Assembly (NCBI RefSeq): GCF_006345805.1
Contig: NC_043005.1
Coordinates: forward strand, 77,686,001 to 77,750,000
Direction: 5' to 3'
Source of the DNA: Octopus sinensis
Taxonomy: Eukaryota
Length of the DNA: 64,000 nt
Every line of letters begins with the position of its first letter. Position 1 is the first letter of the stretch. Below are positions 12,301-24,430 of the stretch, piece by piece. The notes under the pieces were generated by a model that did not search any database, was not told where the DNA came from, and saw only the letters and a list, made by a program, of their open reading frames with translations. A program made the position numbers and the translations under genes.

Positions 12301-12889
12301 TATATGCATATATACGATGGCCTTCTTTCAGTTTCCGTCTACCAAATCCACTCACAAGGCCTGAGGCTATATAGAAGACACTTGCCCAAGGTACACGCAG
12401 TGGGAATGAACCTGGAACCATGTGGTTGGTAAGCAAGCTACTTACCACACAGCCACTCCTGCACCATAAAAAACAAAAAATATTTATTTGATTAATTCCA
12501 TCCAAATTCTTGATTATTTTCTTAACTAGTAGAGACTTGTGGATTTGCAGCGTGTAAAAGAATAAACCTAACATTTCTTCTGTGTGTCATAGAAGGTAAC
12601 TGCAAGAGGTTCAGGTAGGATTTGGACTCTGACCTTGTAAAACCCTCACCACCAATGAATACTCAAACAGACCCATGGATTGGAGGGTCATTTGCTGAGT
12701 GGTGCAAAGATGTCATCCACTGGGAGCAGGGAATCACCAACAGACGGTGGATGTAGCAATGCACTGTTACAGTGCAATTCCCCCATACTACTACTACTAC
12801 TACTACTACTGCTGCTGCTACTGCTACTGCTGCTGCTGCTGCTGCTTCTGTTGCTGCTGCTTCTGCTGCTGTTGTTGTTGAAAGCAAGT

Positions 12890-13085
12890 TCTTGTTAAGC
12901 AACAAGACGGGTAAGGGTGATTAGGTGATGGTCTAGGGTTTAGGGGTAGGAGACCCCAGAACTTGGAAAAAAAAAAACTTCGGTCATCTTTAGTTGAGGG
13001 CTCTTCATTGACACCCAACACCAGTGGGGGGTGGCCCTCGAAGTTGCTGGAAAGGGAGATCGCCAGGTCCAAATTCTTGAATGGC
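12890..13085. repeat. Dispersed repeat of about 200 bp, inverted relative to the copy at 63598-63795
   Basis: Reverse complement aligns with 63598-63795 (cagccattcaagaatttggacctgg...ttgttgcttaacaa). Class unknown. Confidence 0.7.
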
Positions 13086-13678
13086 TGCTGCTGCTGTCAC
13101 CACCACCACCACCACCACCGTAACCACCACCACCACCTCTACCACTACTAATAATAATATTTCAGGGACATACTTGCCAGGTAAGTGGTTTCATCTGAGA
13201 CCACGAGTTAAGACTAAAGCAATTACAACATGGAAAATAAAGACTGTTAACTTCAGTTAAACATTTATAATTTCGAAAGATACAAATAACATGATAATTT
13301 ATTTCCAAATAAAGAAATGCCGTTAGAACAGCAAAAATATTGGGTAAGTTACCCTTACAAAGTGGAGAAGTTGACAAATTTTTCCACTTTGTGAGGGTAA
13401 TTTATCCAATATTTCTGTGGTTCTAATGGCATTTCTGTGTTTGGAAATAAATTATCATCTTACAAGACACATTTCAACACTTATAAAAAACAAATGTTGG
13501 TTTGTTTATATTTATAGGTGTAGGGGTAGGTGTATGGTAAGAAGCTTGCTTCCCAGCTACATGATTCCGGGTTCAGTCCCACTGTGTGGCACCATGGGCA
13601 AGTGTCTTCTATTACAGCCTAGGGCTGACCAAATCCCTGTGAGTGGATTTGGCCAACAGAAACTGAAAAAAGCCTGTC

Positions 13679-13699
<21 letters not shown>

Positions 13700-13709
<10 letters not shown>

Positions 13710-14000
13710 TAAATAAAATAAAACATATGCATATATATAAACATATATGTACGTACCTACCTCTACATGTACATATACACGCATATATGTGTACAGGACA
13801 CCAAAGGGACGTCGAACACAATGAGAAACGAAAACATAGACACAAACCAAAGGAACTGGACATTTTTTTAAAAACAGCAAAAAAATAGAGTACAGGACAA
13901 TTAACACAAAGAAAAAACCCCTTCTTCAGTTGCTAAAGGTTTCATCTACTCTACATTTCGAAGGATAAAAGCGAGACGTATCTTCAACAAGCAACTTCCT
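13700..14000 (-). mobile_element. Penelope-like terminal fragment, same family as 37238-37640
   Basis: Shared gtcctgtacac...catgtaga.gtaggtacgtacatatatgttt and ctga.gaagggg.tttt motifs. Confidence 0.5.
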
Positions 14001-14261
14001 TCCTGCGAAAAGCAAATCAAATATATATATTGTGTGTGTGCGTGTATTGGCATCTGTACCGGTGGCATGTAAATGCACCCCAGTATCACACAAATGGCAT
14101 CCATGCCATCACACTCTTAGAGTGGTTGGCGTTAGGAAGGGCATCCAGCCATAGAAAACCATGCCAAATCAGACTGGAGGTTCGTACAGCCTTCCAGTGT
14201 GCCAGCCCAGTCAAACCATCCAACTCATGCCAACATGGACAATACACATTAAATGATGATA

Positions 14262-14293
<32 letters not shown>

Positions 14294-14838
14294 GATGATG
14301 ATGGTGATGGTGATGACGATAATGATGATGTGTGTGTGTGTGTGTGTGTGTGTATGTATTTGTGGGTCTGTGATTGCCTCCCAAACCATCGCTTGACAAC
14401 TGATGCTGGTGTGCTTACGTTCCCCGTAACTTAACGGTTCAGCAAAAGAGACCAAAAGAATAAGTACTAAGTTTACAAAGAATATGTCCTGGGGGGTTGA
14501 TTTGTTCGACCAAAGATGGTACTCCAGACACATCAACAAAAAGGGAAAAGAGGTAGTGGTAACAGTGGTGATGATAACAGTCATGGGAATGGTGGTGACA
14601 GTGGTGATAGCGGTGATGGTGACAGTGGAGGAGGTGGTGGTGGTAGTGGTGACGGCAGCAACAGCAGCAGCAATGGTGGTGGTGGCAATAGTGGTGATGG
14701 TGGTGGTGGGAACAGTGGTGATGGTGGTGGTGGCGACGGTAGTATTGGCGGTAATAGTGGTGGTGGTGGTGGTGATGGTAGAAATTGTAGAAGAAGGATC
14801 ATGTATGAATTGTTTCTACCCATTTAACACAAAATGCA

Positions 14839-15360
14839 ACTTTGAGTATTGCTCTCAGCTATGGTCACCATCCAGTGTCAAGTTAATCACAGAACTTGAG
14901 GCGATCCAACGAAGCTACACGAAGAAGATAGCCCCTGTGCAGCATATAAACTACTGGGAAAGACTCAAGAGATTAAGACTCTATTCCTTAGAGCGTAGGC
15001 AAGAAAGATATGCCATAATATACATCTGGAAGATCCTAGAAGGACTTGTCCCAAACTTTGGCATCGAGAGTTACACAAATGCCAGAACTGGGCGCCATTG
15101 CATAGTGCCAAGGACTCCAAATTTGCCATCAAGATGTAGGACAAGATACTGTGATAGCCTGGGCTTCAGAGATCAATAGCTCTTCAATATCCTCCCGAAG
15201 AACCTGAGAGACCTGCATGGGGTGGATGCAGATGTCTTTAAAATAAAACTGGATCTCTTCTTGTCAGGTGTCCCAGATGAACCAACTTTATGGCAGGAGG
15301 TGCAGATGAGGGCAGCTGCATCGAACTCTCTCATACACCAAATGGCAATTGCTAAAAAGC
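14839..15360 (+). mobile_element. CR1-group LINE 3' fragment (second family)
   Basis: FEYCSQLWSP, LEAIQRSYTKKI, YWERLKRLRLYSLERR.ERY.IIYIWKILEGLVPN, then LFNILPKNLRDL..VFKIKLD.FL..VPDEP. Confidence 0.85.
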
Positions 15361-15775
15361 ATTTGTGAAGTAAAATCATGTAGCAACACTGGATGGCGGT
15401 GCCCCAGCATGGCCACAGCTCGTGAGCTGAAACTAGATAAAGAAGATTATCCGCCCACGAAATTATTCCCATTCATTTGTTACCAGCAGAACAGAACTAA
15501 CGAAATGGCAAAGATATCTCTGACTGTTAGAGAACAGGTATAGCTAATCAGATCAACCCTACTACCCCACCAAACATTTATTAGAGTCACGTGGTGTGGA
15601 TTACAATGTTAACTTTGGAAAAGTAGTCTCACTGTCTATCAATAAAGCCTTGGTTGTAAAGTGAGATTCTAAACCTCACCCATCTGCTTGTAATGAACCA
15701 TGGTGGCTGATTGCTGTTACACAAAATATCATAGGCAGAAATGCTTGTTTCACATCCTGTATGGCACTTCTCTTG

Positions 15776-15929
15776 AACGTGGTTGTGTGGTAAGTAGCTT
15801 GCTTACCAAGCACATGGTTTCAGGTTCAGTCCCACTGCGTGGCACCTTGGGCAAGTGTATTCTACTATAGCCTCAGGCCGACCAAAGCCTTGTGAGTAGA
15901 TTTAGTAGACGGAAACTGAAAGAAGCCCT

Positions 15930-15965
<36 letters not shown>

Positions 15966-16188
15966 TATATATATGAGTGTGTGCATGCCTTTGTGTCTGT
16001 GTTTGTCTTCCCACCATCGCTTGACAACCAATGCCAGTGTGTTTACATCCCTGTAACTTAGCAGTTCAGCAAAAGGGCCCAATAAAATAGGTACTAGGTT
16101 TACAAAGTGTAAGTCCTGGGGTCAATTTGCTCGACTAAAGGTGGTGCTCCACCATGGCCACAGTTAAATGACTGAAATAAATAAAAGA
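15776..16188 (+). mobile_element. SINE family A, full length
   Basis: Both halves plus internal (TA)n. Confidence 0.88.
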
Positions 16189-16514
16189 ACTCTACAGTAT
16201 CTAAAAGAAGCTAATGCTGATTTCAAATTTTTGCACAAGGCCAGCAATTTCGGTGGATTAAGTAAGTCAATTACATCAACTCCTGTGCTCAACAGGCGTC
16301 GTCGTCGTTTAAACGTCCGCTTTCCATGCTAGCATGGGTTAGACGGTTTGACTGTGGGCTGGCAAACCAGATGGTTGCACCAGGCTCCAGTCTTGACCTG
16401 GACAGAGTTTCTACAGCTGGATGCCCTTCCTAACGCCAACCACTCCGAGAGTGTAGTGGGTGCTTTTACATACCACCGGCACGGGGCCAGTCAGGCGGTA
16501 CTGACAACGACCTC

Positions 16515-17805
16515 ATTGTGTACAGTACTCAGGTGCACTACAACTCATCTAAAGTGTATGTATAGTACATAGGGTAATGTACAAGTGTCAGGAAAAGAAC
16601 AGTGCATGAGTCATGACATACACATATGTGTATGAGTATGTAAGGGGGACAATCAGGTGTAGTTTCGGCGGATTTCGGAAAGCATGAGGGCCTTAAAGGA
16701 TGCAGTGTTATGGCAGTCAACAACTGACGCAGGCAGTTTGTTCCATGCTTCAGCAACTCTGAGCGTGAAAAAATGTTTCTGAAAGTCATGGGAGCTGTGC
16801 TGTTTTCTGACTTTGTAGGCATGTCCACGTGTGTTGGACACATGGAGATCAAAAAGGTATTCAGTGTTGTTGTTGGTGAGGTGGTTGATAACTTTGTGGG
16901 TGTTTACCAAGTCCATCGCCAGACGCCGGAGCTTCAGTGAATCCATGCCCAGGGAAACAAGGCGCTCAGAGTATAGTAGGTGTCTGATGGAGGGTATGCG
17001 TTTGGTTGCACGTCTCTGAACAGATTCCAGGAGGTCAATGTTCTGAGCAAGATAGGGGTTCCAAACTGATGATGTGAATTACAAGTGTGGTCGTACCATA
17101 GCTGTATACAGCTTTAAATAGATGGCTGGAGAGCGGCTAACAAAAGTCTTGCTGAGTGATGCCAAGACTCCCTCGGCCTTCTTGACAATTTTAGAGATAT
17201 GCTTTGTCCAACGGAAATCACTGCTGACAGTGATGCCTAGGTCACGCTCGCAAGAGGATTTCTTGATATCAGTGTTGTGGAGGGAGTATGTGGACGCAGG
17301 GTTTTTTCTCCCAAAATGCATGGTGGTACACTTGTCCCCAGCCAGTTTCATTTACCAGTCTGTGATCCATTGCTGCATTGTGTCCAGGTTTGATTGCAGG
17401 AAAGAGTTGTAGACATCAGGATCTGTCCTCTTGATTTCAAGGTACAGCTTGATGTCGTCTGCATATTTCAATACTGTGGCATTCTTTAAATTGGCATCTA
17501 TGTCATTAATGTATGCCACAAACAAGAGGGTACCAAGAACAGATCCCTGTGGTACACCCGATGACATCTCATATGGTGTAGAATGCTGTCCTAGAACTGT
17601 GACTACCTCCTTTCGGCTGAGAATGAAGGATTTCAACCAGTTAAAAAGATCATCCCTCACACCCATATCAGAGAGTTTCACCATAAGCCTTTTGTGTGGC
17701 ACAGAATTAAAAGCCTTAGCAAAGTTAAGGTAGACAACATCCACCCATGAGCCACTGTCAGTGATCTGAGTAATGTCCTCAAGGAACTCGACAAGCTGAT
17801 CACTG
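16515..17805 (-). mobile_element. 5'-truncated CR1/L2-group LINE, same family as 1854-2650, with frameshifted RT core
   Basis: QLVEFLEDIT..VDVVYLNFAKAFNSVPH, SGVPQGSVLGTLLF, LKYADDIKLY. The 3' part aligns closely with 1900-2650. It is inserted into a family-D SINE. Confidence 0.92.
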
Positions 17806-18039
17806 CAGCATAGTGGTTACGAGTGTGGGCTACTAACCCCAAGATTCCAAGTTCGATTTCAAGCAGTGACCTGAACAACAACAACAGCAAGAACATCGAA
17901 AAATACCTTAGGAATGAGAACCTAGGTTTGAAATTTCCCTAAGACACCTCTTGAAGGCTGGAGGGTATATCAGCCAAAACATGTTAACAACAAACAAGAT
18001 GAGGACAAATATTCGTCAAATGTAAATAATTTATTCTTA

Positions 18040-18340
18040 TTCTAGCAGCTACACTTTCAGAACATCCACCCCCGCTACTGACTTGGTCACCTAGGTAGTG
18101 GAAGCTATTAACTACTTGTAGTTTTTCCCCTTGGAATGTGATGGAAGCTGTTCTCTGCACATTTTCAGTGTTTATTGTTCCTGAGCATTTGCCACACACA
18201 AAAACTATCTTCCCAGTTAGCCTTCCTTTCATATTGCTGCACCATAGATCTGGTCAGTGGCCCTCAACAGGATGTCCCATAGAAACCTCCTGTTGTCTTC
18301 CACATCATGTGATGCTATATCCCCCTCTATTTTGTTAAAA
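18040..18340 (-). mobile_element. Internal fragment of the RTE family seen at 10330-12046
   Basis: GRLTGKIVFVCGKCSG..FQGEKLQVVNSFHYLGDQVSSGGGCSESV is nearly collinear with the 10.9-11.2 kb segment. Confidence 0.85.
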
Positions 18341-18576
18341 GCTACCAGTAATCTCTAAATCTGTGTCTATTTGCAGAATCCTTAAGCTTCCAGACCCTTA
18401 TCCACCATGCTGGTGATCTTCTGGGCATCCATTTAGCCCTGATCCTGAAGTTGCTAACCACAACATAGATTAGTTGTGGAGTGCATTCTTCATGTGGGAA
18501 GGTTTTGGCATTTATAAGTAGCCATCTTTCCCATTTCCTGGTGAAGATGTAGTTAATTTAACTAGTGCACCTGCCA

Positions 18577-18660
<84 letters not shown>

Positions 18661-18870
18661 TCAAAATGTGACCGCGTGTGTACCATTGGCGATTTTTTTC
18701 CTCTGTCTTCCCTTCCTTGGATCTTTCCTTTTCCTGTTTCTGACGAAGAGCTCCGCTTGAAACGTTAAATCCTCCTCCTTTCTTTCCTTTCCTGAGCATC
18801 CAATAACACTATACTTGTTCCACATCCTCGCATTGTTGTGTTTTCTCTTTGTGTTAGCATGTTTGGATTA
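18661..18870 (+). mobile_element. Penelope-like terminal fragment containing a minimal hammerhead-like motif
   Basis: gtttCTGACGA-A-GAGC-tcc-GCTT-GAAA-CGTT-aaa at 18736-18769. Confidence 0.65.
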
Positions 18871-18877
18871 ACTATAT

Positions 18878-18932
<55 letters not shown>

Positions 18933-18944
18933 TATATATATATG

Positions 18945-19007
<63 letters not shown>

Positions 19008-19099
19008 CTGTATGTTTCATATATATGTATATGTATATAGTCAATCAAATCCACTGCCAGGGACATGGGAGTGTCTGAGTTTCTTATCAGGCAGATAGT

Positions 19100-19745
19100 G
19101 CATGAAGGCATTCAGTATTCCTCATACAAAATGAAAAAAAGGGCAACTGTTTATCCCAAGCCATCAAGGACAAGAGGAAAGATTGAGCTACGAATCTTTT
19201 GAACAAACTCAAGTATCCCCTCCAACTGAACATGCTCTTTGGTTTTTCTCAGATGGGAAAAATTTCTGCCAGGATCAGATGGTGAACACACAGAAGAACT
19301 GTTGGCTTGCCATGTCCCCAAAACATGTACCGAGAGTGAGAAAAATCAAACATCTAGTCACAGTGCTTGTAGTGATCACTAGTGATGGTAACATTATGCT
19401 TCGATTCATCTTCCCACATGGCTTAAGACTCAACATGGAGGTCTACATCAAGTACCTGGCAACAAGATTCTTGACACACAAGCAGGAGAAACCAGCCATG
19501 ACTGTGAGACAATTTCTGCAACCACATCACCCCTCACATCTGGCCACATTACTCTCTAGACAGCAACCCACTTCATTATTATGTATGGAGCACAGTTGAA
19601 CAAGAGACCATCAAAACTCCTTGTAACACCAAAGATGAACTGAAGCATTCACCAGCTTAAACAAGGAGACCATCCAGAAGAGCTGCAAAAGATTCAAAAG
19701 TCGTCCAGAGGCCATGGTTGAAGCCAATAGCAATTTTACTGAATA
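19100..19745 (+). mobile_element. Tc1/mariner-superfamily (maT/DD37D-like) transposase remnant
   Basis: WFFSDGKNFCQDQMVNTQKNCWLA, VVITSDGNIM..IFPHGLRLN..VY, and a C-terminal piece SCKRFKSRPEAMVEANSNFTE. Confidence 0.7.
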
Positions 19746-20063
19746 AATTCACTCTTTAGTATTTCAAGATATTTTTATGCAATTTTGGTAAATATATCTG
19801 GTAAAATGAGATGTCAATGTTATTATAAAACTGACAGAGGTAATTGAGTTTAATGCTAGATGTTAAGAGGATTAAGATGGTTTACATCAAAATCGAAAAT
19901 TGCGATCCAGCTATGTACACTTGGGACTTACCTCCCTTTTGAGTTATTTTAACTGTTATCTTTAACAAAAGCAGTACTAGTCAGTATCCTCTATCGCTAA
20001 GCCCCATTTTTTAATTTTAATTAAATTTATTTTAATTTTTAATTGTGGTATATATATATATAT

Positions 20064-21501
20064 ACTAGCAGTATCGCCCGGCGTTGCTCGGGTTTGTTTT
20101 GACCCGCTGGAATTGTAATTTTGAAAAGTAAAAATTTTGTGAACATTTTTCTGGTCGAAATACACTGAAAAGTGGCGACACAGCAGTGAAAAAATCGTAA
20201 AAAATAGGGATTTTCATAGAAAAAAGCATCTTTTTGATGTAAATAATTTTTGGTGTTAACATGGTCCGATTTGAATTTTATGTTCTACGGAAGGAAGAGC
20301 AACCCTTCTTCTACCATACTCTCAATTTTGGTCAACTTGCGCCGCAGGGTCTCAGAGGAGATAGTGTTAGTTGAAGGTTACCATTCTAGGTGCCTGAGTA
20401 AAAACCTCGCGGATTTACAGATAAATGAATTAATTACTATTTTACAGAATAAAATTAAATAATTCTTGAAAATTAATTAATATTAATATTTTTTGAACAA
20501 AGTAAATAATTTTTAAAACTTATATAATAATTTTTTTTACACAAACGCGAATGGGGAAAAGGGGGTGGCGAATTCGATTTACATACCTAAATTTTTTCTT
20601 TTTCATGACATTGTAGCAAAATAGTAGTGAATTATATAAATACCAGCAGTACATTTTTTTTTCTGGGGTATTTTTTTTCAACCTCGTCACATATTTGCCC
20701 CTTTCAATTTAAACAAAGTCTTAATTAAGCAATTACGGCAGCTTAGCAATGGTTTCATAACAGGCGTGACATCTGTATCTCAATTGTTCAAAACCCTTCA
20801 AATTTTTTCGCACGTGATATCATAGTGAAAACTTCAGTTATTTCTGTCTTTCACTCTGTCTGTCTCTTTACACACACTAACAAAAGCACTTCACTTACAC
20901 ACCACACTTTCTGTGTCGCACAACCCATCAAACACACACACACACACACTCACGCACGCACACATGTACATCAATGCTTTCGGAGTGAAATGTTAAAATA
21001 TTGAGTTTTCTCGAATTTTGTCTTAATTGGGGGTGAAATTGAAAGAAATATATTATGGCATGAGCGAATGGAGTACTTTGAAAAATCTTAGGTAAATTCT
21101 AATTGAAGAAATTGTGTGAGGAGTAAATCGTTATCTATTTATTTGTTTCTGTTTGGTGTGTTTTTTTATTTTTTGAGTAGTGGTTTAAATACTTTCAGTT
21201 TAGTCTTCCTCAAATCACTCTGTCGCTATTTACTTTCATTTTATTCGTTGCACACTGTGTGTGTGCGTTTGCGTGTGGTGTAAACCAGACTAAGAAAAGC
21301 ATTTGACATACACACCAGAATGTGAGTTTTCTGTAAATTTTGCTTAATTGGAGTTTAAATTTTAAAAACTGGACCTGGCATGACCCGATGCATTCTACTC
21401 TTAAAAATGCTAGGTAAATTGTAATTGAAGAAATCCTATATTGTAGATTTCTATAACTTACAAAGGGAGGCAGATAAAATCTGCCTTTTATAATAAGAGA
21501 T
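20064..21501 (+). mobile_element. Long non-autonomous Helitron/Helentron-like element with a composite interior
   Basis: 5' actagcagtatcgcccggcgttgctcggg; 3' hairpin aggcagataaaatctgcct followed by tttataataagagat; no TSD. Confidence 0.65.
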
Positions 21502-21551
21502 ACATACCACAATTAAAACATGTATATATATAGATACATACCACAATTAAA

Positions 21552-21583
<32 letters not shown>

Positions 21584-21983
21584 TTTAATTGTGGTATGTA
21601 TCTATATATATATACATGTTTTAATTGTGGTATGTATATATATATATACACACACACATGCACACACACAGACACACACATATATCCTGATCTTGGCATT
21701 TTACATCCACTTACAATGAAAAAACAATGATGCGCTCAAACATGTAATTTTGGGACTGGTCTTTATAGCTGGATATATCCATCTTGTCCTTCCTACCACT
21801 AAACATTTTATAGACTGTACAAGCTGTTCATTATTATATCATAAGTATTAAGAGACAAACCGTCATTTCCTTCACATGATCAAAGCATTCTTCATTGCTT
21901 CCACCTGTTCACTGACCACTGTAAAGGAAGTAGTGGGTGCCTTTGACTGTGACATCAGCAGTGAATGAATGTTTGTGGGTGTG

Positions 21984-22016
<33 letters not shown>

Positions 22017-22127
22017 TATGTATGTATGGGGGTGGAGGTGTCAGTATCAGATTAAGACCCATAGAGGCCTTAAGTGCTTAAAAGATTTTGGTGCCCCATA
22101 TATATGTAATTCAAAATATTAACAATA

Positions 22128-22160
<33 letters not shown>

Positions 22161-22469
22161 TATGCATGTATGTATCTATATAAACAAAAATAAATTAATA
22201 AAGCAATAATACAATAATACACAAAAATGACAAAAAAATATAAAAAATCCAGCTTGCCAAAAATGAAAAAAAAAAGCAGGTTGATAAATTTACCAATGCA
22301 AAAATTATAAGGAAACACTAAAAATATTTCACACTAAATTAGGTTATTTTGTGTAATAGCTTTAAGCAGTTTTTCTAGTACACTATTAAAAAAATTGGGA
22401 TTATTCGAAATAAAGTGAAACTAACAGTTAAGATGGAAAATGATGTTTATTTTTATATATGTCCACTTC

Positions 22470-22785
22470 ATCATCATCATCATCGTTTAATATCTGCTTT
22501 CAATGCTAGCATGGGTTGGACGATTTGACTGAGGTCTGGTGAACCAGATGGCTGCACCAGGCTCCAATCTGATCTGGCAGAGTTTCTACAGTTGGATGCC
22601 CTTCCTAATGCCAACCACTCCAAGAGTGTAATGGGTGCTTTTACGTACCACCGGCACGAGGGCCAGTCAGGCAGTACTGGCAAGGGCCATGCTCAAATGG
22701 TGCTTTTTATATGCCACCTGCACAGGAGCCAGTCCAGTGGCACTGGCAACGACCTCGCTCGAATGTTTTTTCATGTGCCAGTATA
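22470..22785 (-). mobile_element. SINE family D
   Basis: (cat)n tail and ggatgcccttcctaatgccaacc body. Confidence 0.8.
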
Positions 22786-23052
22786 TTTCAAAAGTTTGCT
22801 CCCATTTTTTTTTAATTGCAATGTCTTTGATTAGATCCTCATTATTCTTTAATGTAAGACATCTGCTTCTATACTTAATAAAGATAAGCATCAAAACATC
22901 CCAAATATTATTTTAGCAAGTTTGAAGTGATTTCTTTTGAGCCATTTACCATTTCTGTAATGCCCCTACTACCCTTGATGTCCTAAGCACCTTCTTATTT
23001 TACTTAATCGTTGATCCAGTGCTGTGCACACACACACGTAAAACTGGATTAA

Positions 23053-23274
23053 CCCTTTCGTTACCAACCCGGCTGAAACCGGCTCTGGCTCACGAGTACA
23101 AATGTCTTGTTTTCATAAGTTTTGAATTAAAATCTTCCACCAAACCTTAGTCACAATTTATGTTCCTAACAGTGGCTTAATGATAACTAAGTTATTTTAC
23201 TAAATTCTTTGTTATATTTAAAATTAATTGAAAGAAATACAAAGCATCTCAAAATAAATACGGTAACGAAAGGG
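23053..23274. mobile_element. piggyBac-like MITE
   Basis: TIR ccctttcgttacc / ggtaacgaaaggg, with TTAA on both sides (23049-23052, 23275-23278). Confidence 0.85.
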
Positions 23275-23523
23275 TTAAGAACCATAGAGGCCCTAAACAC
23301 TTTAAAAATTTTGGTGCTTCTACATATGTGCAATCCAAAATATAAACAAGAATAAACTATATAAATAAATATACACACACACACAGCTGGATTAAGAACC
23401 GTAGAAGCCCTAAACACTTAAAAGATTTTGGTGCTCCTGTTGTGTCGTGCCTGTATCAAAAGAGAGTCGCTCATCTACTATCCATTGAAAAGTGAAGGAA
23501 ATTAGAATACGATGATTACTTAA

Positions 23524-23970
23524 TCCTTTCGTTACTGTATTTGTTTTGAGATGCTCCATGTTTCTTTCAATTCATTTAAAATTTAACAAAGGATTTAGTA
23601 AAATAACTTAGTTATTATTAACCCTTTAGCATTTAAGCCGGCCATATCCGGCCAAAAGTATTCTGCTTGTTTTATGTTCAGCATGGCCAGATCTGGTCTT
23701 TCACACCAACCCTACAATATCATTTGAAAAATTAACAGCTACCTCATCAAAATCTCATAGTTACAAGATAATGCCTGATTAGTTCAAAACAATATGGATA
23801 AAAAAGGATTAATTTTGGCAGAATAATGTGAACACTAAAGGGTTAAGCTAGTGTTAGGAACATAAATAGCGATTAAGGTTTGGTGGAAGATTTTAATTCA
23901 AAACTTATGAAAACTAGGCATTTGTACTACAGAGCCAGAGCCAGTTTCAGCCGGGTTGGTAATGAAAGGG
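23524..23970. mobile_element. piggyBac-like MITE (inverted copy of 23053-23274) hosting a nested MITE
   Basis: TTAA flanks at 23520-23523 and 23971-23974; the interior is the reverse complement of the first copy. Confidence 0.85.
23622..23842. mobile_element. Second piggyBac-like MITE nested at a TTAA site
   Basis: ccctttag ... ctaaaggg ends, with TTAA at 23618-23621 and 23843-23846. Confidence 0.8.
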
Positions 23971-24024
23971 TTAATGCACTTTACATATACACATTATATA
24001 CTTTATGCACAATCTTATAGATGC

Positions 24025-24430
24025 AGGAATAGCTGTGTGGTATCTTGCTTCCGAACCACATTGTTCCGGGTTCAGTCCCACTGTGTCGAATCTTGGGCAA
24101 GTGTCTTCTACTATAGCCTCAGGCCGACCAAAGCCTTGTGAGTGGATTTGGTAGACTGAAACTGAAAGAAGCCCATCGTATATATGTATGTATGTATGTA
24201 TATATATATATATTTATATATATATACATATGTGTGTTTTTGTCCCCCTAACATTGCTTGACGACTGATGCTGGTGTGTTTACATCCCCATAACTTAGCA
24301 GTTCGGTAAAAAGAGACTGATAGAATAAGTACTAGGCTTACAAAGAATAAGTCCTGGGGTCGATTTGCTTGACTAAAGGCGGTGCTCCAGCATGGCCACA
24401 GTCAAATGACTGAAACAAGTAAAAGAGTAA
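24025..24430 (+). mobile_element. SINE family A, full length
   Basis: Both halves plus internal microsatellite. Confidence 0.88.

Noticed and set aside
12783-13150. Poly-Gln/Ala/His/Leu ORFs
   Set aside because: (CTA)n, (CTG)n and (CAC)n microsatellites flanking a dispersed repeat.
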